A program made the translations under genes and the position numbers. From assembly GCF_051903065.1 (NCBI RefSeq), contig NZ_CP178438.1: a stretch of DNA of 64,000 bases. One strand, written 5' to 3'. Shown here piece after piece: positions 50,954 to 64,000 of the stretch (the stretch's first letter is position 1; each line of letters starts with the position of its first letter). This DNA comes from Escherichia coli. Its GTDB lineage: Bacteria; Pseudomonadota; Gammaproteobacteria; Enterobacterales; Enterobacteriaceae. The notes under the pieces were generated by a model, which made no database searches, was not told where the DNA came from, and saw only the letters and a list, made by a program, of their open reading frames with translations.

Positions 50954-51853
50954 ATGACAGACAACACTCGTTTACGCATAGCTATGCAGAAATCCGGCCG
51001 TTTAAGTGATGACTCACGTGAATTGCTGGCGCGCTGTGGCATTAAAATCAATCTTCACACCCAGCGCCTGATCGCGATGGCAGAAAACATGCCGATTGAT
51101 ATTCTGCGCGTGCGTGACGACGACATTCCCGGTCTGGTAATGGATGGCGTGGTAGACCTTGGGATTATCGGCGAAAACGTGCTGGAAGAAGAACTGCTTA
51201 ACCGCCGCGCCCAGGGTGAAGATCCGCGCTACTTTACCCTGCGTCGTCTGGATTTCGGCGGCTGCCGACTTTCACTGGCAACGCCGGTTGATGAAGCCTG
51301 GGACGGCCCGCTCTCCTTAAACGGTAAACGTATCGCCACCTCTTATCCTCACCTGCTCAAGCGTTATCTCGACCAGAAAGGCATCTCTTTTAAATCCTGC
51401 TTACTGAACGGTTCTGTTGAAGTCGCCCCGCGTGCCGGACTGGCGGATGCGATTTGCGATCTGGTTTCCACCGGTGCCACGCTGGAAGCAAACGGCCTGC
51501 GCGAAGTCGAAGTTATCTACCGCTCGAAAGCCTGCCTGATACAACGCGATGGCGAAATGGAAGAATCCAAACAGCAACTGATCGACAAACTGCTGACCCG
51601 TATTCAGGGCGTGATCCAGGCGCGCGAATCAAAATACATCATGATGCACGCACCGACCGAACGTCTGGATGAAGTCATCGCCCTGCTGCCAGGTGCCGAA
51701 CGCCCAACCATTCTGCCGCTGGCGGGTGACCAACAGCGCGTAGCGATGCACATGGTCAGTAGCGAAACCCTGTTCTGGGAAACGATGGAAAAACTGAAAG
51801 CGCTGGGAGCCAGTTCAATCCTGGTCCTGCCGATTGAGAAGATGATGGAGTGA
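50954..51853 (+). CDS. hisG: ATP phosphoribosyltransferase HisG
   Basis: 299 aa from [17 protein letters not shown]. Confidence 0.95.
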
Positions 51854-51858
51854 TCGCC

Positions 51859-54229
<2,371 letters not shown>

Positions 54230-54230
<1 letters not shown>

Positions 54231-55296
54231 TGAGTCAGAAGTATCTTTTTATCGATCGCGATGGAACCCTGATTAGCGAACCGCCGAGTGATTTTCAGGT
54301 GGACCGTTTTGACAAACTCGCCTTTGAACCGGGCGTGATCCCGGAGCTACTGAAGCTGCAAAAAGCGGGCTACAAGCTGGTGATGATCACTAATCAGGAT
54401 GGTCTGGGAACACAAAGTTTCCCGCAGGCAGATTTCGATGGCCCGCACAACCTGATGATGCAGATCTTCACCTCGCAAGGCGTGCAGTTTGATGAAGTGC
54501 TGATTTGTCCGCACCTGCCCGCCGATGAGTGCGACTGCCGTAAGCCGAAAGTGAAACTGGTGGAAGGTTACCTCGCTGAGCAAGCGATGGATCGTGCCAA
54601 CAGTTATGTGATTGGCGATCGCGCGACCGATATTCAACTGGCGGAAAACATGGGCATTAATGGTTTACGCTATGACCGCGAAACCCTGAACTGGCCAATG
54701 ATTGGCGAGCAACTCACCAGACGTGATCGTTACGCCCACGTGTTGCGCAACACCAAAGAGACGCAGATTGACGTCCAGGTGTGGCTGGATCGTGAAGGTG
54801 GCAGCAAGATTAACACCGGCGTTGGCTTCTTTGATCACATGCTGGATCAGATCGCCACCCACGGCGGTTTCCGCATGGAAATCAACGTCAAAGGCGACCT
54901 CTATATCGACGATCACCACACCGTCGAAGATACCGGTCTGGCGCTGGGCGAAGCATTAAAAATCGCCCTCGGCGACAAACGCGGTATTTGCCGCTTCGGT
55001 TTTGTGCTGCCGATGGACGAATGCCTTGCCCGCTGCGCGCTGGATATCTCTGGTCGCCCGCACCTGGAATATAAAGCTGAATTTACCTACCAGCGCGTGG
55101 GCGATCTCAGCACTGAAATGATCGAGCACTTCTTCCGTTCGCTCTCATACACCATGGGCGTGACGTTGCACCTGAAAACCAAAGGTAAAAACGATCACCA
55201 CCGTGTAGAGAGCCTGTTCAAAGCCTTTGGTCGCACCCTGCGCCAGGCCATCCGCGTGGAAGGCGACACCCTGCCCTCGTCGAAAGGAGTGCTGTA

Positions 55297-55297
<1 letters not shown>
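54230..55297 (+). CDS. hisB: Bifunctional histidinol-phosphatase / imidazoleglycerol-phosphate dehydratase HisB
   Basis: 355 aa from [13 protein letters not shown]. Confidence 0.95.
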
Positions 55298-57375
<2,078 letters not shown>

Positions 57376-57382
<7 letters not shown>

Positions 57383-57987
57383 CAGAACAACAACGCCGCG
57401 AACTGGACTGGGAAAAAACCGACGGACTGATGCCGGTGATTGTGCAACACGCGGTATCCGGTGAAGTGTTAATGCTGGGCTATATGAACCCGGAAGCTCT
57501 GGACAAAACCATCGAAAGCGGCAAAGTCACCTTTTTCTCCCGCACTAAACAGCGACTGTGGACCAAAGGCGAAACGTCGGGCAATTTCCTCAATGTGGTG
57601 AGTATTGCCCCGGACTGCGACAACGACACGTTACTGGTACTGGCGAATCCCATCGGCCCAACCTGCCACAAAGGCACCAGCAGCTGTTTCGGCGACACCG
57701 CTCACCAGTGGCTGTTCCTTTATCAACTGGAACAACTGCTCGCCGAACGTAAATCTGCCGACCCGGAAACCTCCTACACCGCCAAACTGTATGCCAGCGG
57801 CACCAAGCGCATTGCGCAGAAAGTGGGTGAAGAAGGCGTGGAAACCGCACTGGCAGCAACGGTACATGACCGCTTTGAGCTGACCAACGAGGCATCTGAC
57901 TTGATGTATCACCTGCTGGTGCTGTTGCAGGATCAGGATCTGGATTTAACGACGGTAATTGAGAACCTGCGTAAACGGCATCAGTGA
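57376..57987 (+). CDS. hisI: Bifunctional PR-AMP cyclohydrolase / PR-ATP pyrophosphatase HisI
   Basis: 203 aa. Confidence 0.95.
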
Positions 57988-58028
57988 GTTGCGGGGTAAG
58001 TGGATGCGATGTTGTTGTCGCATCCGGC

Positions 58029-58070
58029 AAAAAAAACGGGCAAGGTGTCACCACCCTGCCCGTTTTCTTT
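58029..58070. terminator. Bidirectional terminator between hisI and wzzB
   Basis: AAAAAAAACGGGCAAGGTG-(loop)-CACCCTGCCCGTTTTCTTT. Confidence 0.8.
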
Positions 58071-58083
58071 AAAACCGAAAAGA

Positions 58084-59064
58084 TTATTTCGCGTTGTAGT
58101 TGCGTAGAGCATTACGCCCCAGCACAATCCCCGCGCCAACCATGCCGCCCAGCAGCATCGCCAGAATCAAGGTGATTGCCTTTTTCGGACTATCGCGACG
58201 AATAGGTAACGTCGGTTTCATCACATAACGGTAAGCATGAATATCAAGATCATCAACTTTTAAGCTTTCGATATCCAGCAGGTTTTGACGAGTCTGATAG
58301 TAGTTTGGCGAGAACACCAACGGACGGGTCGCCTCATGCTTAATCATCGACTCCAGCGCTTCGCTCCCCAAAAGGAACAACGTATCTTGCGTGATATCTT
58401 CGCCAGTCTGTTGAATTTGCGGTTTTGTCACCTGCGCCTGATTCGCATACTGCAACGCTTCCTGAATCTGACGGATACGCAGATCTTTCTGCTCTTGCGC
58501 GACTACTTCCTGAGTTCTTAAAGAGTCCTGCAAGTTTTTCATACGCAGCGCGATGTTGTCTTTCAGGTCTTTTTCCAGCTCTACGTTTACCTGGTCGTCA
58601 ACTTGCTGGATATACTTCGCCAGCTGCTTCTGAGCACCTTCAGGTGTTTCACCAACATAAGACACCGCTAAAGGTAATGACTGATTTTTAACGGTAGGCT
58701 CAATGGTCAGCTTTTCTGCTTCTTCCTGGTTATCCAGCGTTTCCGCTAATGCTGAGAATGCAGTGCTGTAACGTCCGATAAGCGAAGCCTGAATGTCGGA
58801 GACTTTCGGTACAGCCGGACCGTAAATCACATTCATCGCGTTGGTATAACCAGCGATTTGCCCCACATCAGGTTGAGTAACGATAGCTGTGGAAGTCCAC
58901 TTTTCTTTGGCAACGGCCAGATACCCTATAGCCAGGGCAATAGCCACAATGACAGAGATGATAATTGTCATCTTGCCGCGCCACAACTGCACCAGTAAAT
59001 CAATCAAATCAATCTGTTCCGGGTCATGGTTTTGCCCAGAAACATTATTATTTTCTACTCTCAT
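58084..59064 (-). CDS. wzzB: O-antigen chain-length determinant WzzB (Cld)
   Basis: About 326 aa from MRVENNNVSGQNHDPEQIDLIDLL; two TM helices flanking a periplasmic coiled-coil domain. Confidence 0.9.
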   Translation of the reverse strand: MRVENNNVSGQNHDPEQIDLIDLLVQLWRGKMTIIISVIVAIALAIGYLAVAKEKWTSTAIVTQPDVGQIAGYTNAMNVIYGPAVPKVSDIQASLIGRYSTAFSALAETLDNQEEAEKLTIEPTVKNQSLPLAVSYVGETPEGAQKQLAKYIQQVDDQVNVELEKDLKDNIALRMKNLQDSLRTQEVVAQEQKDLRIRQIQEALQYANQAQVTKPQIQQTGEDITQDTLFLLGSEALESMIKHEATRPLVFSPNYYQTRQNLLDIESLKVDDLDIHAYRYVMKPTLPIRRDSPKKAITLILAMLLGGMVGAGIVLGRNALRNYNAK

Positions 59065-59210
59065 CATTACCCTAACGGACGAAATAATTTTAAGTCGCCA
59101 TAGTTTAGCGATAATCGCCATGAATGCTATAGGATAAATGATAAAAATAATGAATTATTACAAAGGGAACATAAGAGAATCAGGGCGAAAATCGCCCTGA
59201 TAACAGGATG

Positions 59211-60377
59211 TTAGTCACTGCCAAAGAGATCGCGGGTGTAGACTTTGTCTGCCACATCCTTAAGCTCTTCTGCCATACGGTTGGAAATAATGACGTCGGC
59301 TTGTTGTTTGAAGGTGGCGAGATCTCGTTCCAGGCGAGAGTTGAAGAATGAGTCTTCTTTCATCACCGGCTCGTATATGATCACTTCAACGCCTTTCGCC
59401 TTGATACGTTTCATAATCCCCTGAATGGAAGACGCACGGAAGTTATCTGACCCGCTCTTCATAATCAGACGATAAATACCCACCACTTGCGGCTTGCGTG
59501 ACAAAATGGCATCGGCAATAAAATCTTTACGTGTGCGGTTAGCATCGACAATTGCCGAAATCAGGTTATTCGGCACAGACTGGTAGTTCGCCAGTAACTG
59601 CTTGGTATCTTTCGGCAGACAATAACCACCATAACCAAACGACGGATTGTTGTAATGGTTGCCAATACGCGGATCGAGACAAACGCCTTCGATAATCTGG
59701 CGAGTATTCAGACCTAAACTTTCTGCATAGCTATCCAGTTCATTAAAGTATGCTACGCGCATCGCCAGATAGGTATTAGCGAAAAGTTTAATCGCTTCTG
59801 CTTCAGTGGAGTCGGTAAACAGTGTAGGGATATTTTGCTTAATCGCGCCTTCCTGTAACAACGCAGCAAAACGTTCTGCGCGTTCTGAACGCTCACCAAT
59901 GACAATACGTGAAGGATGGAGATTATCGTAAAGGGCTTTACCTTCACGGAGAAATTCCGGAGAGAAAATAAGGTTATCGATACCCAGACGTTCTTTAATT
60001 GATTTGGTGAAACCTACCGGAATTGTAGATTTAATCACCATTACCGCGTTGGGATTAATTTCTGTCACATCACGGATGACCGCTTCCACGCTTGAGGTAT
60101 TAAAATAATTTGTTTTCGGATCATAATCGGTAGGCGTGGCAATAATAACGTAATCGGCATTTTTATACGCGTCATACTTATCTGTCGTAGCGCGGAAATT
60201 GAGATCTTTAGTCGCCAGATACTCTTCAATCTCCTTATCAACAATCGGTGACTGCTTCTTGTTAAGCATGTCCACTTTGGCCTGAACGATATCCAGTGCA
60301 ACCACTTCGTGGTTTTGCGCAATCAGAATACCATTTGAAAGACCAACATAACCTGTTCCTGAAATTGTTATTTTCAT
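59211..60377 (-). CDS. ugd: UDP-glucose 6-dehydrogenase Ugd
   Basis: 388 aa from [16 protein letters not shown] (NAD-binding Rossmann motif). Confidence 0.92.
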   Translation of the reverse strand: MKITISGTGYVGLSNGILIAQNHEVVALDIVQAKVDMLNKKQSPIVDKEIEEYLATKDLNFRATTDKYDAYKNADYVIIATPTDYDPKTNYFNTSSVEAVIRDVTEINPNAVMVIKSTIPVGFTKSIKERLGIDNLIFSPEFLREGKALYDNLHPSRIVIGERSERAERFAALLQEGAIKQNIPTLFTDSTEAEAIKLFANTYLAMRVAYFNELDSYAESLGLNTRQIIEGVCLDPRIGNHYNNPSFGYGGYCLPKDTKQLLANYQSVPNNLISAIVDANRTRKDFIADAILSRKPQVVGIYRLIMKSGSDNFRASSIQGIMKRIKAKGVEVIIYEPVMKEDSFFNSRLERDLATFKQQADVIISNRMAEELKDVADKVYTRDLFGSD

Positions 60378-60625
60378 TAGCTCTGACTTCTTCCGGTTAA
60401 ACATTTAGAGTGGTCATTAATCCACCACCACAGCTTCATCTACTGCGGGATTTTTAACGCTGATGTAGATGAACTGTCAAGGCAGCGATCCTGCTGTGCG
60501 ACTCTGTATTATATCGCTTTTTTAACCATTAATTATAAAAAAAGGCCATAACCTGCCGCTTTGTATAATAAAAAAGCCCGAAGGGTTTCTCCGGGCCTTG
60601 CATTGATTAATTGATTTAAATCAGA

Positions 60626-62032
60626 TTAATCCAGCCATTCGGTATGGAACACACCTTCTTTATCAATGCGCTTATAAGTATGTGCACCGAAATAGTCACG
60701 CTGTGCCTGGATCAGGTTCGCAGGCAGAACTGCGGCGCGGTAGCTGTCATAATAGGCAACCGCAGCGGCGAAGGTCGGAACCGGGATACCGTTCTGTACC
60801 GCATAAGCGACGACATCGCGCAGCGCCTGCTGGTAGTCATCGGCAATTTGCTTGAAGTACGGAGCCAGCAGCAGGTTAGCGATCTGCGGATTTTCGGCGT
60901 ATGCATCGGTGATTTTCTGCAGGAACTGCGCACGGATGATGCAACCAGCACGGAAAATCTTCGCGATTTCGCCGTAGTTCAGATCCCAGTTGTACTCTTC
61001 AGACGCAGCACGCAGCTGAGAGAAGCCCTGAGCGTAAGAAACGATTTTGCCCAGATACAGCGCACGACGAACTTTTTCGATGAACTCAGCCTTGTCGCCT
61101 GCTGGCTGTGCTTGCGGGCCAGAGAGAACTTTAGATGCGGCAACACGCTGATCTTTCAGAGAAGAGATATAACGTGCAAACACAGACTCGGTAATCAGCG
61201 ACAGCGGTTCGCCGAGATCCAGTGCGCTCTGGCTGGTCCATTTACCGGTACCTTTGTTAGCCGCTTCATCCAGGATCACATCAACCAGGTAGTTACCGTC
61301 TTCATCTTTTTTGGTGAAGATATCTTTGGTGATGTCGATCAGGTAGCTGCTCAGTTCACCGTTATTCCACTCGGTAAAGGTCTGCGCCAGTTCTTCGTTG
61401 GTGAGGTTCAGGCCACCTTTAAGCAGAGAATAGGCTTCAGCAATCAGCTGCATATCGCCGTATTCAATACCGTTGTGAACCATCTTCACATAGTGACCTG
61501 CACCATCGGCACCAATATAGGTAACGCATGGCTCACCGTCTTCAGCTACTGCGGCGATTTTGGTCAGGATCGGTGCAACCAGTTCATAGGCTTCTTTCTG
61601 CCCACCAGGCATAATGGAAGGACCTTTCAGCGCACCTTCTTCACCGCCGGAAACACCGGTACCAATGAAGTTAAAGCCTTCTGCAGAAAGCTCACGGTTA
61701 CGACGAATGGTGTCCTGGAAGAAGGTGTTACCGCCATCAATGATGATGTCACCTTTATCGAGATATGGTTTGAGGGAATCAATAGCAGCATCCGTGCCTG
61801 CACCTGCTTTCACCATTAACAGGATGCGACGAGGCGTTTCCAGAGATTCAACAAACTCTTTCACCGTATAGTAAGGAACCAGTTTCTTGCCTGGATTTTC
61901 GGCAATCACTTCTTCCGTTTTCTCACGGGAACGGTTGAAAATAGAGACGGTATAACCACGGCTTTCGATGTTGAGCGCAAGGTTGCGCCCCATCACTGCC
62001 ATACCGACGACGCCGATCTGTTGCTTTGACAT
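60626..62032 (-). CDS. gnd: 6-phosphogluconate dehydrogenase (decarboxylating) Gnd
   Basis: 468 aa from [27 protein letters not shown]. Confidence 0.95.
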   Translation of the reverse strand: MSKQQIGVVGMAVMGRNLALNIESRGYTVSIFNRSREKTEEVIAENPGKKLVPYYTVKEFVESLETPRRILLMVKAGAGTDAAIDSLKPYLDKGDIIIDGGNTFFQDTIRRNRELSAEGFNFIGTGVSGGEEGALKGPSIMPGGQKEAYELVAPILTKIAAVAEDGEPCVTYIGADGAGHYVKMVHNGIEYGDMQLIAEAYSLLKGGLNLTNEELAQTFTEWNNGELSSYLIDITKDIFTKKDEDGNYLVDVILDEAANKGTGKWTSQSALDLGEPLSLITESVFARYISSLKDQRVAASKVLSGPQAQPAGDKAEFIEKVRRALYLGKIVSYAQGFSQLRAASEEYNWDLNYGEIAKIFRAGCIIRAQFLQKITDAYAENPQIANLLLAPYFKQIADDYQQALRDVVAYAVQNGIPVPTFAAAVAYYDSYRAAVLPANLIQAQRDYFGAHTYKRIDKEGVFHTEWLD

Positions 62033-62169
62033 TGTTTACTCCTGTCAGGGGGTTACCGCGGGATTTGACGGTTAAAAAGGATAACAGATATAAAATAAGA
62101 CATGCAATAAATGAATGATAGACTCAATTATTATCAATGTTTTAAAATTAAACAAATAGAGTTAAACTC

Positions 62170-62916
62170 TTAAGCGTGTTTTCTTAATGCACGCTGGATA
62201 TAATGCAGAAAATAATACATTGCCTTTACATATCCAAAACCAAGATAATAACGGTAAAACTCCCATTGCGATTTTATTATTTTTATCTTATTCGATGATA
62301 AACTTAAATGACCTTCGCGATAAAATGCTAGGTTTTTATTTAGGCAGTGGGCATAATCTATTTTTTGCAGGATTATTAGCCATAATGCCATATCTTGACG
62401 CTTTCGTATGAGTGGCATATATACTTTACCCACAACTTCCGTGTCATAAATTGCAGTAAGGCATCCGATAACATTGGATTTCAGTAAAGAAGAAAAATCG
62501 ACTTTTGATGGGGGCAGAATATCTTTTTTAATATTACCATATGCATCAATTTTACTATATGCAGTATAAGTAAGGGCGTAGCCATTCATAATCATATAAT
62601 TAATCTGCTCTTTTAGTTTATCGGGTGCCCATAGATCATCACTATCTAAAAAAGCCAAAAATCGTCCACTAGACTCTTTTATTGAGTTGTTTCTTGCTGC
62701 GCCTGCGCCTTTATTTTTATCTGAAACAAAAAGTTTTATCCTGTCATCTTGCTCAACAAATTCTTTAACTATCTGACAAGTTCTATCTGTTGAGCAGTCA
62801 TCAGTAATTAACAACTCCCAATTAGAATATGTTTGTTCTATTACCGATTTTATACTTTCCTTAATTGTGAATTCAGAATTATAACTGGGCATAATAATTG
62901 ACACAAGATAATCCAT
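62170..62916 (-). CDS. GT2-family glycosyltransferase (O-antigen cluster, gnd-proximal)
   Basis: 248 aa from MDYLVSIIMPSYNSEFTIKESIKSV with DxD-like DSDD motif; very low GC. Confidence 0.8.
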   Translation of the reverse strand: MDYLVSIIMPSYNSEFTIKESIKSVIEQTYSNWELLITDDCSTDRTCQIVKEFVEQDDRIKLFVSDKNKGAGAARNNSIKESSGRFLAFLDSDDLWAPDKLKEQINYMIMNGYALTYTAYSKIDAYGNIKKDILPPSKVDFSSLLKSNVIGCLTAIYDTEVVGKVYMPLIRKRQDMALWLIILQKIDYAHCLNKNLAFYREGHLSLSSNKIKIIKSQWEFYRYYLGFGYVKAMYYFLHYIQRALRKHA

Positions 62917-62918
62917 TA

Positions 62919-63950
62919 TTATTTCCTCCCTTTATTTTGATCGTAGCCTTTCGGGTTTTTTATTTGCCAATTCCAAGAATCTCGTAGCATATCCTCTAAA
63001 TTTAATTTGGCTGACCAACCGAGTTCATTGAAGGCTAACATTGGATCAGACCAACATTCTGCTATATCTCCATCTCGCCTTGATATAACACACTTATTTA
63101 TTTTTCTAGCTATAATTCTCTCGAAAGTATCAACCAACTCTAATACTGAATATCCTTTACCTGTACCTAAATTATATATCCTGATAGAATTTTCTTTAAA
63201 CTCTGCATTCAAAGCAGCAATATGTCCATCGGCAAGATCCATAACATGAATAAAATCCCGAACTCCATATCCGTCCCTGGTAGGATAATCATTCCCAAAT
63301 ATTTTCAATGAATCTAATTCGCCTATAGCAACCTTAGTGAGATATGGTACAAGATTATTAGGAATCCCATTCGGAGCCTCACCTATCATTCCACTGGGAT
63401 GTGCTCCTACCGGATTAAAGTATCGTAATGAAATAATATCAAAACCATAATTTGCTTTCGCAAAATCACAAAGGATTTGTTCTGCCATTAATTTCGAAGT
63501 GCCATAAGGATTTGTTGTACCACCTACTTTACATTTTTCATTTAATGGAATTTGTTCAGGCTCACCATAAACCGTTGCAGAAGAACTAAAAATAATTTTC
63601 TTGGCTTTGCTATTTATCATAGCACTAAGGACACTAATTGTTCCCTGAACATTATTATTATAATATTCAAGAGGCCTACTGATTGACTCAGAAACAGATT
63701 TCAACCCAGCAAAATGAATGACCGCATCAATATCTTTATTAATAATTACTTCGTGTAATAATTCTGTGTTAAGTATATCCATTTCGATAAAGCAAATGCT
63801 TTTTTGCGTGATATTCTCTACACGCTTAATTACCTCAGATGAAGAATTAACCAAATTATCCACAACAGTAATTTCATTTTCATTTTCTAATAAGCGAAGT
63901 ACCGTATGCGAACCAATATAACCAGCCCCACCTGTTACTAGGATATTCAT
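62919..63950 (-). CDS. NAD-dependent UDP-sugar 4-epimerase (GalE/Gne family), O-antigen cluster
   Basis: 343 aa; N-terminal MNILVTGGAGYIGSH, catalytic YxxxK (PYGTSK); very low GC. Confidence 0.85.
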   Translation of the reverse strand: MNILVTGGAGYIGSHTVLRLLENENEITVVDNLVNSSSEVIKRVENITQKSICFIEMDILNTELLHEVIINKDIDAVIHFAGLKSVSESISRPLEYYNNNVQGTISVLSAMINSKAKKIIFSSSATVYGEPEQIPLNEKCKVGGTTNPYGTSKLMAEQILCDFAKANYGFDIISLRYFNPVGAHPSGMIGEAPNGIPNNLVPYLTKVAIGELDSLKIFGNDYPTRDGYGVRDFIHVMDLADGHIAALNAEFKENSIRIYNLGTGKGYSVLELVDTFERIIARKINKCVISRRDGDIAECWSDPMLAFNELGWSAKLNLEDMLRDSWNWQIKNPKGYDQNKGRK

Positions 63951-64000
63951 ATTACTCCTTACGATATCGCATGATAATTTTTCTTTTAATTCTCTCTAAA

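Noticed and set aside
60644-61819. 391-aa plus-strand ORF
   Set aside because: Entirely antisense to gnd, which is unmistakable; a long antisense open frame is a known artefact of codon bias.

Overview
This window reads as a contiguous stretch of Escherichia coli chromosome, equivalent to the K-12 44–45 min region, running from the 5' end of dgcQ (yedQ) through yedI-yedA-vsr-dcm, the hprRS/hiuH/msrPQ cluster, the asn-tRNA cluster with yeeJ, cobUST, sbmC-dacD-sbcB, the complete his operon, and wzzB-ugd-gnd into the first two genes of an O-antigen cluster. Gene identities come from reading the supplied translations against remembered protein families and motifs; no database search was run, so symbols are recognitions, not verified hits. 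I did not find a self-contained novel multi-gene system (no defence island, prophage, integron, CRISPR array or biosynthetic cluster). The content is overwhelmingly conserved core genome. What stands out is mostly strain-level variation relative to K-12: an intact yedS porin, an intact GT9 heptosyltransferase-like yeeL beside the giant adhesin yeeJ, a near-identical tandem repeat inside yeeJ, gene fragments between cobU and yeeX with no CP4-44 prophage or IS5/IS2 present, no yefM-yoeB between yeeZ and hisL, and a low-GC serotype-specific O-antigen edge. The most testable new hypothesis is that YeeL glycosylates YeeJ. Small features also called: an RseX-like sRNA, a 20-codon upstream ORF overlapping the plaP start, hisL and its attenuator, and several regulator boxes and terminators.
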